Shown here: positions 9,812 through 19,993 of the stretch, in pieces
Layout of the letters: each line of letters starts with the position of its first letter
Position numbering within the stretch: position 1 is the first letter of the stretch
DNA from: Promethearchaeota archaeon
GTDB lineage: Archaea; Asgardarchaeota; Heimdallarchaeia; Hodarchaeales; Hodarchaeaceae
Direction: 5' to 3'
Assembly (NCBI GenBank): GCA_048938105.1
Contig: JBHLMN010000017.1
Coordinates: 64,001-128,000, forward strand
Length of the DNA stretch: 64,000 bases
Notes under the pieces: model-generated
Told to the model about the DNA's origin: nothing
Databases searched by the model: none
What the model saw: the letters and a program-made list of their open reading frames with translations, nothing else
Program-made: the position numbers and the translations under genes

Positions 9812-11506
9812 TTGTGTGCTAAAATAATGTATGTCCCGACTCAAAAGAAGATGTTGTTACTTACAGGAATGATTTTTTTAGGTATATTTTCAACAACATA
9901 TTTAGCTAATTCATTTACTAGTAATTTAACACTTCCAGAAGCGGAAATTAAATTTGAGGAAGACGATTATGATAAAGCAGCAGCGGAAGAAGCGGATTCT
10001 AGAAATGGTTATCAAATCCCAGGCTTCTATGATGAAGAATATGAGTATAAAGAAGCAAAATTAACGGAAAAAGAAGTCCTTACCATAACAGAAGCACTGG
10101 AAGAAGTCCAAAGATTCAAAGCGGATCATGAAAATGTCTCTGTTTGGGCCTGGTATGATGGATTTGATTTTTGGTATGTTGACTACTCGGTTAATTACTG
10201 GAATGAGTACTATATTAAAGACAACGAGATTAGTACTGATGAAATTAGTTATGAAGCCGAACCAGTTACTGATTACTCCTATTACCCTGAATGGAATTAT
10301 CTTACTATTATAATTCAAGATTCAACTGGTAAGGTTTATAAAATCATTCAACCCATAAAACCAACCTTAACTGAAGAGGAAGTTTATGATATTGCTATAA
10401 ATTCTGAAGAAGGAATTGCTTTCCTTGAAGAATATCCAGAAGCCGATATTAATATCTGGTTTGATTCTTTCCAATTTTGGTATGTAGAATTCTACCCTTC
10501 TTATGAATATTGTGAATATAATGATGATTTTACTGATCCTGATGAACCTAATGTTAAAATAGGATCTGGGTATGTATGGGATTATCTTTCTCTTGTAATT
10601 GATGATCTTACAGGAGAGATTATTGAAGTAGTTCAACCTATTGATCCAACCTTAAGTGAGGACGAAGTACTTGAAATTGCCTTTGATATCCCTAAGATTC
10701 AAGAATTAGCGGATGAATATGAGGATCTTCAAGTTTGGGCTTATTATGATGGCTATGGTTATTGGTATATCGATATCCACTCTTCTGAGCACTATGAAGT
10801 CTGGGCATACGTTACCATTGACGATGCTACTTCTGAAGTGGTTGATTTTTATGTCCCACAACTACCTGACCTGTCAAAAGAAACAATCATCGACATTGCA
10901 ATGGAAGATCCAAATGTCAAAGAATTCCTAGATAAATATGATAATTCCTCAATCGACGCGTATTTCTATACCAGTTGGTACTTCTCTGATGAGACGGGTG
11001 AGAAAATGAACGAACCTAGTTACGAAGGAACCCCAGAAGCTTATTGGTATGTCTATGTCTATTCTGAAATCTATTTAGATGCTTGGGGGTATCTACTGAT
11101 CAGTGATGATACGGGGGAAATTATTGAGTCAGATTTTATTATGCCTGACCTACCAACAGTAACCTATACTGAAGCTATCAGTATTACTCAAGCCCATGAA
11201 TTAACTATTGAATTCATAGAAAATTATCCTGATTACGGAATATATGCATATCATTTCAGTACTTATTACTACGATGAAGTAGTCGAGGATAAGGATTATA
11301 CTGAAGTTAGTTATAATGAAGGTAGGGGGATATGGCACATCGTGTATTATACCCCTACAGAGTTTTATTGGCGGTCTTCAGAGGAACGAAAATATGATAA
11401 TGAATCACCTACTTACGCTGAACTCGGATTTATAATAGATAGTGAAACTGGAGATATCTTAGAAACCTGGTATTACAATTGGGACGATGAAATCGTCCCA
11501 TCATAA
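9812..11506 (+). CDS. Secreted or membrane-anchored acidic protein with five PepSY-like repeats
   Basis: N-terminal hydrophobic helix, then five repeats of LTxEEVxxIA...WYV...IDDxTGEII. Rich in D/E/Y/W. ATG 9827 is an alternative start. Confidence 0.75.
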   Translation: MCAKIMYVPTQKKMLLLTGMIFLGIFSTTYLANSFTSNLTLPEAEIKFEEDDYDKAAAEEADSRNGYQIPGFYDEEYEYKEAKLTEKEVLTITEALEEVQRFKADHENVSVWAWYDGFDFWYVDYSVNYWNEYYIKDNEISTDEISYEAEPVTDYSYYPEWNYLTIIIQDSTGKVYKIIQPIKPTLTEEEVYDIAINSEEGIAFLEEYPEADINIWFDSFQFWYVEFYPSYEYCEYNDDFTDPDEPNVKIGSGYVWDYLSLVIDDLTGEIIEVVQPIDPTLSEDEVLEIAFDIPKIQELADEYEDLQVWAYYDGYGYWYIDIHSSEHYEVWAYVTIDDATSEVVDFYVPQLPDLSKETIIDIAMEDPNVKEFLDKYDNSSIDAYFYTSWYFSDETGEKMNEPSYEGTPEAYWYVYVYSEIYLDAWGYLLISDDTGEIIESDFIMPDLPTVTYTEAISITQAHELTIEFIENYPDYGIYAYHFSTYYYDEVVEDKDYTEVSYNEGRGIWHIVYYTPTEFYWRSSEERKYDNESPTYAELGFIIDSETGDILETWYYNWDDEIVPS

Positions 11507-11693
11507 ACTTAACATTTATTTTTTCCCTTTTCATGGAATTTTTAAGTCTTATCATCCTTCCTTAGGTTTATTTAGCTTCTCAAGCTTGATATTTAGTTTT
11601 TTTGCTAAGGAAAAAAGAGTATTTCATCTTCGTGGGAGAGAAAACGAAAGCTTATTATATTAAATACTTAAAATATGTCGCTGGTGACCTATC

Positions 11694-13028
11694 CTGATTG
11701 GGAGATCTTCTATTCTCATATTATCTCTTTTCCTTTCTAGTCTTTTTCTTATCCCACAGGGTAGTGCGTCGAAAGCAGACACAGAATTCGACATTGGTAA
11801 TGTTACATTAACTTACACGATATTTGAAAACCAGTCTTACAAATGCACTTTCTTTGTCCAAGTTATTGGGAACACTGATACAATAGAAGGGAATGTTCAA
11901 GGGACACTTATCGCCACTGGAGAAGTAAATAATATTATAATCATATTTGAAGGCAGCGAAATTAACTCCCAAATTTCTTCAATTAGTGGAAACACCCAAA
12001 TCTCTTTTAGTATCCAATCATCCCTCCAACCAGGAATTGAATACGACTTATCTGGTTCCTATATGGGTCTTACGTCAGATGACGAAGTGACTTCTTTAGG
12101 GATGGATTGGGGTACACGAACAAGTCTCCTACAAACATATATTTATTTAGAAAGAGGATTAGTTCTACTAGAAGTCGATCCAACACCTCAACGAATATCA
12201 ATTATAGCAGGAGGGAAATTACAACTTTCTTGGACTGATGTAAATCAACAGAAATTTCTAGCAACAATTGACTTCAGTTCTGAATCCACTACCAAGCTAA
12301 TGACGGCTAATATTAATACTTGGACGATAACGAGCTCCAAACCTTTAGTTGTTACAATCCAATCTTTTGTTAATTATGAACTCCATTGTTATACGGTGAC
12401 TCCTTCATGGATTAGTACCAATTTAACCCAATTTGTAATCAATCCTAAAGGTACAAAAGTTATTTCTTTCGTGCTATCAGATACGCTTCCTCCACGAGGT
12501 ACAACAGGAATCATCCAGATTAATGCTCGTGAAATCCTTACGAAGATAGAAATACCAGTTGAAATTTCTACAGGTTCGAGCTCTGATCCTTTTATCACAA
12601 GTCTAATTGCTGCATTTATTGGTTCAGCTATTTTTCTTGCGATAGTAATTCTGTTTCAAAACAGACAATTGATCATTGAGAAAGTTTCAGGGTATAAAAA
12701 ATCAATAAGAACTACATCTCAAATCCCTCCCACTGACATTTCTCCAAATACAATCCATCAAGCGATTCGAATTGAAGAACCAGTACGATCAAAAACTACA
12801 TGGGAAGAAGTCAAAGAAAAATGGCAAAATTTCCTCAATGAAAATGAAATAAGTGTCTTAAGACTTCTTCATGAAGGTTCAAAGAATCAACAAACTATAG
12901 CTGATGAATTAGGTCTCTCAAAGTCTACAATGTCTAGAATGTTAGCTAGACTCGAACAGAAAAGATTAATAATCAGAGAAAAGGACGGTATGAGTAACAT
13001 CGTCACCCTAAATTGGGAAACCATTTGA
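11694..13028 (+). CDS. Membrane-anchored winged-HTH transcriptional regulator with extracellular domain (COG2512-like)
   Basis: Frame is open from 11688 and encodes a signal peptide (LIGRSSILILSLFLSSLFLIPQGSA). One TM helix near 12590-12655. C-terminal LNENEISVLRLL...QQTIADELGLSKSTMSRMLARLEQKRLIIREKDGMSNIV. Start inferred at CTG 11694 after GGTGA; the track starts at internal ATG 12063. Confidence 0.8.
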   Translation: MIGRSSILILSLFLSSLFLIPQGSASKADTEFDIGNVTLTYTIFENQSYKCTFFVQVIGNTDTIEGNVQGTLIATGEVNNIIIIFEGSEINSQISSISGNTQISFSIQSSLQPGIEYDLSGSYMGLTSDDEVTSLGMDWGTRTSLLQTYIYLERGLVLLEVDPTPQRISIIAGGKLQLSWTDVNQQKFLATIDFSSESTTKLMTANINTWTITSSKPLVVTIQSFVNYELHCYTVTPSWISTNLTQFVINPKGTKVISFVLSDTLPPRGTTGIIQINAREILTKIEIPVEISTGSSSDPFITSLIAAFIGSAIFLAIVILFQNRQLIIEKVSGYKKSIRTTSQIPPTDISPNTIHQAIRIEEPVRSKTTWEEVKEKWQNFLNENEISVLRLLHEGSKNQQTIADELGLSKSTMSRMLARLEQKRLIIREKDGMSNIVTLNWETI

Positions 13029-13101
13029 AAAGAATGGAAAGTATCAACTCTCCATCATAGTTATCATTATAAGCAGTCTCAATCAAATATTGGTTTTCAA
13101 C

Positions 13102-13878
13102 ATGAATATTCACTTATTGGTCAGTCGTGAGGATAGTGCAGGGATGAATATCTCACGGTTTATTCATTCTCATCTGCAACAAAATGTAACGTTTATTGAT
13201 ACAGTATCTATCTATTCTGATGATGAAATCGCAAACGCTATTCCTTCTACTTCTTCGATTATTTTCCTTTCTCGCCATTCCGCGCAAAGTTTACGACCAA
13301 GTTTTACTGTTCACCCCATTGGGAATTTTGGAACAGCGGAATTTGGTGGTAAAGATAGTACATTAGTTAAATGTCATTCTTTTCTTATGAAAAGGTTATT
13401 ACTCAATATTCAAGAACTAAAGGCCTCTGGAGAATATACAATAAATTTTGATTATGAAGTGAGCTTAGAAGTTACCCACCATGGACCGTTCTCCAGACCA
13501 GCTATTGTGTTTATAGAGGTGGGTTCCACTGATGCTCAATGGGAAGATTTGGAAGCATGTCGACTCATTGCAGATGCTGTGAATAATACAGATTTTAATA
13601 ACCTCAATCAAGACAGTGATTGGGTATCTGTCATTGGATTTGGGGGGAACCATTATGCTACTAAATTTACTCGCTATATGGTAGAAAGTGATTATGCCTT
13701 CGGCCACATCTGTGCAAAATATGCGATTCAATGGTTAACTGAAGATTTAATTCGTCAAATGATTACGAAAACTAATCCCCCCCCAGAGCTTGTCTTATTT
13801 GATAAAAAGAGCATGAAACGAAAACAACAGCTTAGAACATGGTTATCCGAATTTAATATCAAAGTTAAACAGATTTAA
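13102..13878 (+). CDS. dtdA: D-aminoacyl-tRNA deacylase (archaeal DTD2)
   Basis: DSAGMNI, IFLSRHS, FTVHPIGN, LEVTHHGP, FIEVGST..QW, GFGGNHYA, FGHICAKY. Confidence 0.92.
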   Translation: MNIHLLVSREDSAGMNISRFIHSHLQQNVTFIDTVSIYSDDEIANAIPSTSSIIFLSRHSAQSLRPSFTVHPIGNFGTAEFGGKDSTLVKCHSFLMKRLLLNIQELKASGEYTINFDYEVSLEVTHHGPFSRPAIVFIEVGSTDAQWEDLEACRLIADAVNNTDFNNLNQDSDWVSVIGFGGNHYATKFTRYMVESDYAFGHICAKYAIQWLTEDLIRQMITKTNPPPELVLFDKKSMKRKQQLRTWLSEFNIKVKQI

Positions 13879-13920
13879 TTTTATCCGATTTAAAAAGAGG
13901 GAGAAAATGATCACTAATGA

Positions 13921-16900
13921 TCATTTATTATTCCGTTTGAGCTTTTTCAATATAATTGTTGGTACGATCGCTATTACAACCATCATTCCAGTCATTCCAG
14001 GCACTGGTATAGATGGTGCAGCGCTTGTGGTGGTAGAGGAGGAGGAGGATTTAGTCTCAGTTGTAGTTGTTGTTGTTGTAGTAGTTGTAGGCTTTATATT
14101 TTGAATAGTAAAAAGATCAGAGATAGTCTCTTTGATTTCTCCTAATGAGCATGTAGCAACCACTTTAATCCGATACGTAGTATCATCATCAACTGTGGTG
14201 GTATCCCATTCGTAATTAGTGGTAATCAGACCTGACACCATAAGAATCCAGCTGCTCCCACCATCTGGAGAGTAGTACAACGAATAAGTAATTGAATGGT
14301 CAAAAGAATCCACTGAGAACCATTGAATCGTGATGATGCCCGACATGACTTCCCCGCCAATCGGATAGTTTATAATTGGTGGTGTGAGCGCATGGGTGTC
14401 AGGTGATACTAATGGGTAGGGATCTTGGTTTTCACTCCCAATAGGATAAGGATTATCCACGATACCGTCTCCGTCCGCATCAGGACTGGTCCAACCACTC
14501 CAGTAATTCAGGATGAAAACATTGTTTGACCCATCATCATTCGCTTGCGGGCCACTTATGAAGTGATTTCTCAAAATGGTATTGTAATCCGAATTTTCGA
14601 GATAGATTCCCTCATTGGGATTATTCGTAATAGTGTTATTGTTAATAATATTATAATGAGAGTTTCCTAAATTGATTCCATTGATTTCATTATCATGAAC
14701 ATCATTACCTGAAATCTCATTGAAATCAGCAGAACCTAAATTTATTCCTGAATCCATGTGATTGTAGACGGTGTTTCCTGTTATTCTATTGTTATTTCCA
14801 GTAATAAAAATTCCATTATTATTATCATAGAGGAGGTTTTGAGTGACATTGTTGAATAATCCATCAAGACGGATACCAGCATCGGGGTTGCTAAAGATGA
14901 TATTATAGCTAATAGTATTGTATTTTATATTATCTAAATCACCTAGAACAATACCATCACGATTATTGTTATAGATGGTATTTCCTGTGATAACATTGAA
15001 ATTACACTGTCCATCTCCTGATTCAATTCTAATTCCATCTTCCAGAGAATTATATATCTCATTATCTCTAATGATCGAATAAGAAGTTCCCCTAATATTT
15101 AATCCACAATCAGGACCATTCCCATCAATGACATTCTTGGAAACAACAATATATTCAGAACTTTCAATGTAAATTCCCAATCCGTTGTTGTTGTGAACGC
15201 TATTATTCGAGAGGAAGATATTTTTAGAGGAATCAATTTGAATCCCCCCGCTGTTTTCGTAAATGATATTGCTGGAAATAGTTATGTAAGTAGAACTTTC
15301 AATCCATATTCCCAACCAGTCATTGTTATCGATTGAATTGAATGATATATGATGATCAGAGCCTGTAACTTGAATCCCAAGTTCATTGCTAAAAATATAA
15401 TTATTGGTTACCTCGTTATTTTTTCCTCCAATCATAAATCCATTGACGTTATTAAATACCTTATTATAAGTGGCAAGGTTGTTTTCTTCACTATGATAGG
15501 GATTAATTTGGATCGCGAACTCAGAGTTGTATACAATATTATGAGATATGTAATTACTCCGACATTCCCATAACGAAATTCCCCGTCGGTCATTGTTTCC
15601 TGCTACTGTGTAATTAATTATATTGTAGCTAATAATGCAGTTATCGGACTCACTAATGACAATCCCTGCAAAATTATTATCACACGCGGTATTATTGGAG
15701 ATTTCGTTCTCGTAAGACCATAAAATAAAGATTCCATCATATGTATTCCAGTAAGCATGATTGTTAGTAATTATATTTCGACTAATATAACTGGATACCA
15801 TCCCTTCGTTATTATATACCCAGATCCCATTTTCTTTGTTCCCAAATACTGTATTATTATCAATCTTATTGTAAGTAATGTCATCCTCAAGCCGGATACC
15901 ATTCAAAATGTTATTATAAGCTGTATTATGACAAATCATATTTTTAGAAGAAGAATAAAGACGAATACCATCTCCATTAGTATCATAAACAGTGTTCTTG
16001 GCAATTGTATTATTTTGGGAAAAGGATGATAATTGAATGCCAACCCATTCATTATTGTATACTAAGTTATAAGATATGGTAGTATTATGAGAAGAAGTGA
16101 GAGAAATTCCCTCATTATTTTTGTATATAGTATTATATTCTATGATATTAAGATCCGAAGAAGAAAGGGTTATTCCATTCGCAGGATTACGATGGATAAG
16201 GTTCTTGAAAATAAAATTTTGACTTGATTCATCAAGATTGATTCCTCCCCACTTGTTATTAGAAATCATATTACTAACAATGATGTTATCATTCGAGGAT
16301 CCTCCTTCACCAAGCCATATTCCATACTCAAAGTTACCGAAAACGGCATTATTGACAACACTATTATTGTTGGACGACCAACCAAGTTTTATTCCAGTCC
16401 AACTGTTCCTGTAGACCGTATTGTTGATAATTGAATTATAATCAGATGATTCTACCCAAATACCGTCATAACCATTGTGGTAAATGATATTTTCTTCAAT
16501 AATCCCATGAGTTACATTATGGAAATATATGCCAGGATTTGACCCGAATAAACCATTAAGGATATTATTTGCAATTCGAAAATATAGCGATGTATCACTG
16601 ATCGCGATTGGGGAGGCAGCCGACGTTGTAATATTATATCCTTCAATCCGAATGGGATCTGCAATGGTGCCCATTCCAGGGAATGAAGAGTTGAGTTGGG
16701 CATCAGATGTTATTGAAATAAAACCATGGGGAGTGTATATTTTGGTCACTATATTCATATTAGTCATCCATTGGGCTAAATTAGTCGAATTAGTGGGAAC
16801 AGTGATCTCTCCGCTGATGATCTTATTTCTAACGGTTACATTCACTTCTTGGATTTTGTCAAAACCAATTTCATCTTTCGTATAAGTTAAAGGAGATAAT

Positions 16901-17937
16901 CCAACCCCATTCTCAGCCATTCTTAATGATTGAACGTCAGCACTCCAATTCGAATTATATACATCCTGAATAGCATTATAAACTGCAATGTCAACTCTTT
17001 TCATCATAGAACAAAGAATTCGACCAGGGAAAAGAAAATCTTGGTCTGCATCAACACCAATGGCATAGAAACCTCCTCCCTGTTCATTTGTTGATTCTAA
17101 GGCGCCAAATCCGCTAGCTCCAGCAGCAACATAGATTATATCCACTCCCTTCGCCCACATGGCTTCCGCGATATTTTTACCCGTTACAGGATCACCCCAC
17201 GCGCCAACAAAATCTTCAATGACCTCGATATAGCTATCATTCTTTTCATAAAACACCCCAGCCTTATAACCAGCCCAAAATTCACGAATTAATGGAATAT
17301 CCATACCTCCAATAAATCCCACTTTTCCTGTCTGGGTCATCAGACCAGCCATTGCCCCTGCAAGGAATGAGCCTTCTTGCTCCTCGAATAAAACAGACCT
17401 AACATTTCCTTGAACAACGACTTGGTCAATTAACACAATTGGCTGTGCTGGATAATTTATAGCTGTTATATTCACAGCTGATATTTGATCATATCCAATT
17501 GTAACGATTAAATCATAAATACCAGAGGCTGCATAATTGTCCAACATACCTAAATATTCGCTGCTATCAACAGGTTCTTTATAAACGAAGGTACATAATC
17601 CATCTGTTTGTGCTTTTTGAAGCCCAGCATATACCATACTATTGAAACCTAGTTCATTAATACCTTGGGCTGATGCTGCAAAGACACATGCTACATTGAT
17701 GGGAGCATTAATTTCAGTCACTTTCTGATTTGACACGGGCCGACCAGCTAATGAAGTAACAGATTCCCAGGGATAAATTACTCCTGTTTGATCAAATTGC
17801 TTCGTTGAATACAGCTTTGCTATTTTAAGTTGAAGCTTTTCTCCATTACTACCCCTAGTATTGATCCCAACGGCAAATACTAACATAAGAAGCATTATTA
17901 AGATAAATTGTTTTTTTATATTAATGTAATTTTTCAC
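13921..17937 (-). CDS. Cell-surface protein: BMP-family substrate-binding domain + long NosD/CASH-type right-handed beta-helix + Ig/FN3-like domain + Thr/Ser linker + C-terminal membrane anchor
   Basis: BMP motifs (FEEQEGSFLAGAMAG, VGFIGGMDIPLI, AIGVDADQ, SMMKRVDIAVY). Many N-x-I-x-N-N-x-x-Y-N-N-x-x-G-I-x-L repeats. NYWSGW..PDADGDGIVDNPY cap. TTTTTTTTT linker. Start set at GTG 17937 after AGGTGA. Confidence 0.85.
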   Translation of the reverse strand: MKNYINIKKQFILIMLLMLVFAVGINTRGSNGEKLQLKIAKLYSTKQFDQTGVIYPWESVTSLAGRPVSNQKVTEINAPINVACVFAASAQGINELGFNSMVYAGLQKAQTDGLCTFVYKEPVDSSEYLGMLDNYAASGIYDLIVTIGYDQISAVNITAINYPAQPIVLIDQVVVQGNVRSVLFEEQEGSFLAGAMAGLMTQTGKVGFIGGMDIPLIREFWAGYKAGVFYEKNDSYIEVIEDFVGAWGDPVTGKNIAEAMWAKGVDIIYVAAGASGFGALESTNEQGGGFYAIGVDADQDFLFPGRILCSMMKRVDIAVYNAIQDVYNSNWSADVQSLRMAENGVGLSPLTYTKDEIGFDKIQEVNVTVRNKIISGEITVPTNSTNLAQWMTNMNIVTKIYTPHGFISITSDAQLNSSFPGMGTIADPIRIEGYNITTSAASPIAISDTSLYFRIANNILNGLFGSNPGIYFHNVTHGIIEENIIYHNGYDGIWVESSDYNSIINNTVYRNSWTGIKLGWSSNNNSVVNNAVFGNFEYGIWLGEGGSSNDNIIVSNMISNNKWGGINLDESSQNFIFKNLIHRNPANGITLSSSDLNIIEYNTIYKNNEGISLTSSHNTTISYNLVYNNEWVGIQLSSFSQNNTIAKNTVYDTNGDGIRLYSSSKNMICHNTAYNNILNGIRLEDDITYNKIDNNTVFGNKENGIWVYNNEGMVSSYISRNIITNNHAYWNTYDGIFILWSYENEISNNTACDNNFAGIVISESDNCIISYNIINYTVAGNNDRRGISLWECRSNYISHNIVYNSEFAIQINPYHSEENNLATYNKVFNNVNGFMIGGKNNEVTNNYIFSNELGIQVTGSDHHISFNSIDNNDWLGIWIESSTYITISSNIIYENSGGIQIDSSKNIFLSNNSVHNNNGLGIYIESSEYIVVSKNVIDGNGPDCGLNIRGTSYSIIRDNEIYNSLEDGIRIESGDGQCNFNVITGNTIYNNNRDGIVLGDLDNIKYNTISYNIIFSNPDAGIRLDGLFNNVTQNLLYDNNNGIFITGNNNRITGNTVYNHMDSGINLGSADFNEISGNDVHDNEINGINLGNSHYNIINNNTITNNPNEGIYLENSDYNTILRNHFISGPQANDDGSNNVFILNYWSGWTSPDADGDGIVDNPYPIGSENQDPYPLVSPDTHALTPPIINYPIGGEVMSGIITIQWFSVDSFDHSITYSLYYSPDGGSSWILMVSGLITTNYEWDTTTVDDDTTYRIKVVATCSLGEIKETISDLFTIQNIKPTTTTTTTTTTETKSSSSSTTTSAAPSIPVPGMTGMMVVIAIVPTIILKKLKRNNK
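14022..14090 (-). repeat. Low-complexity Thr/Ser codon run (ACA/ACT/TCC) forming the surface-protein stalk
   Basis: gttgtagttgttgttgttgtagtagttgt and gaggaggaggagga on the + strand, in frame within the CDS. Confidence 0.7.
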
Positions 17938-18136
17938 ATTTATCACCTTATATCTTTCATGATATGAATCATTATTTAGGTTATGAAAAAAGCATTTTCC
18001 TGCTGTTCTATTTATTATTATTAAGAAAATGATCAATTATAGCAACATGAAATAAAGATATTCATATTAATTAATACTAACAAAATGTTATAAAAAACTT
18101 TCGAAAAAAATTATAATGAAAAATCATGAAATGATA

Positions 18137-18421
18137 TCATTTCTTTCCCATTAATCTCTCAACTTGTTGAATGTATTCTTGAGTGGTCATATCGGTACGA
18201 TTTTGATCGTGAGTAAGGGCTTCTTTCGAAACCATACGCATTCTTCGGATTCGAAGTGTATATCCAATACTCATCAGTATTAACATCCCTGAAAGGATAA
18301 TTACACCTATTAAAGGATGTAAAAACGGAAGAATATACATTACGAAGAAAAATGTTGAAATTGCAACCACGGTAACGCCAATATAATAGATATTAATCCT
18401 TGAAACCATTTTACTACTCAA
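18137..18421 (-). CDS. Small two-TM membrane protein
   Basis: 94 aa with two hydrophobic helices and a charged tail. Confidence 0.6.
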   Translation of the reverse strand: MSSKMVSRINIYYIGVTVVAISTFFFVMYILPFLHPLIGVIILSGMLILMSIGYTLRIRRMRMVSKEALTHDQNRTDMTTQEYIQQVERLMGKK

Positions 18422-18861
18422 GTTATTTTCAATTAGAATATCATTAATGTATCTTCGTTAAGACATTTTTTCTTGAACGCTCTAAAAGAACCATCAGACG
18501 CCGCTATCTGAGGCAAAATAAGACATGAATCTTGGATACGTCAAATATACTAATAATGGTAATTTTTCTATCCTCAAATTGATCCTGATTTCTTGAGTAC
18601 TAATAAATTATTCTTATAGTTCAAGGAAAACACAATAACTCCATTTATATAAAAATTAAAGAAATACAAAATCCATCTGCTTTAATGTTTTTGTATTAGA
18701 TGAAATCACTTCTTCAATTATCCTTTTTTCACCATTCTTAATGAATGGAAGGGTCTAGTTTGAATAGGTATTTAAAGAGAAAGAATCTTTCCATTCCAAA
18801 AACTATGTAAATCAAGTTTGAACTTATTCATTTTTAAAATCAAGAATCACAGTGATGTCAA

Positions 18862-19932
18862 ATGACCGATGAAAGTCAACCAAGTGGTTTTATCGGACTC
18901 TGGATAATTGAAAAAATCTCTGGAATCCCCATTTGCTCTTTATGTCCTAAGGATACGACACAGGTTGACTCGGTGCTCTTTGGTGGGTTCATGGTCGCGA
19001 TTAGAGGCATGATGAATGATCTTAATATTGGAGAATTAAGTTCTTTTAGTACCAAACGATCAAGTCTGCTTATTGCCAGCTCGGATGACGTATTTTCAGT
19101 TCTAGCTCTAGAAAAAGATATTAACACTGAGTTTTGGTATCCTACTTTACTTAGAGTACAAAAAACCGTTGAAGAACAGTATAAGCAATACAGAAAAGAT
19201 GAGATTATTATTGATACATCCATTTTTGAAAAATTAAAGCCAAGATTGCGTCAATTAATACTTTCTAACGCCAATAATTTCAATGGTTTTCAACAAAAAC
19301 TAAAATCTTCTGAATTTGACCAAATCACATCAATCGATATAGGAGACCAATATAAAGAAGGGGACTTAGAATTTTTGTTTCAGTATTTTTCTGAAGATTT
19401 GGGTAAATTAGTTTATACTTTAGTCTTAGAGGAGCCAGTTCTTATAATAGGCGATATAAAGGAGCTTGTACAAAAAGCTGTAGCCTCCATAGAATTACTT
19501 GTTCCTCATCGATTACTATCAAAAGATTATGCTGCTGAATATATTGACCCAACTGGAAAAGACCTTATTATTTGTTCCTCGCGGGTAAATTTCTTAGATG
19601 ACTATAAGGATATCACAAAGGTTGATCTAGGTAATCGTAAGATCACCTCAACGATCAGGAAGGCCCCCTCTGCTGATAATCTTATATACTCATTAAAAAT
19701 CACCCCAATAACCCAACTAGATACAGTTATTCATAGATATATAGGTAAGCTTATCGCAAAAACTGGTGAACTCATGGAATATTGTCATAAAGAAAAGGTT
19801 ACCAAAGAAGAAATCCTAAAATTCAGGAGCAATCTAAAAGTAGATGAATTAAATATTATTATTTCTAAAGTGCGAAAAACGGTTCCACAATTCGAGGATA
19901 AATTGTTTCATTTTGCTAGATCGTTTGTATAA
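18862..19932 (+). CDS. Longin/roadblock-like N-terminal domain + DENN-core-like domain protein
   Basis: N-terminus LWIIEKISGIPI...DSVLFGGFMVAIRGM (Asgard longin type). Central LFQYFSEDLGKLVYTLVLEEPVLIIGD...VQKAVASIELLVPHR resembles the cDENN 'LLERRILF...ALLYPF' signature. Confidence 0.65.
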   Translation: MTDESQPSGFIGLWIIEKISGIPICSLCPKDTTQVDSVLFGGFMVAIRGMMNDLNIGELSSFSTKRSSLLIASSDDVFSVLALEKDINTEFWYPTLLRVQKTVEEQYKQYRKDEIIIDTSIFEKLKPRLRQLILSNANNFNGFQQKLKSSEFDQITSIDIGDQYKEGDLEFLFQYFSEDLGKLVYTLVLEEPVLIIGDIKELVQKAVASIELLVPHRLLSKDYAAEYIDPTGKDLIICSSRVNFLDDYKDITKVDLGNRKITSTIRKAPSADNLIYSLKITPITQLDTVIHRYIGKLIAKTGELMEYCHKEKVTKEEILKFRSNLKVDELNIIISKVRKTVPQFEDKLFHFARSFV

Positions 19933-19993
19933 TAAAAGGCGTCAGCTTAAGATATAAGCAAGATAACAATTCTTAATAGATTCTATTAATGGA

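Noticed and set aside
13907-14104. ORF with poly-Val/poly-Glu, or a microsatellite
   Set aside because: It is the antisense shadow of the Thr/Ser linker of the surface protein.
17938-18036. Longer start of the BMP/beta-helix protein
   Set aside because: GTG 17937 has an AGGTGA RBS and directly precedes the signal peptide. The upstream part is AT-rich promoter-like sequence.
18480-18520. Small hairpin TCAGA-cgccgcta-TCTGA in an intergenic region
   Set aside because: A 5-bp stem is expected by chance, with no recognisable RNA family features.
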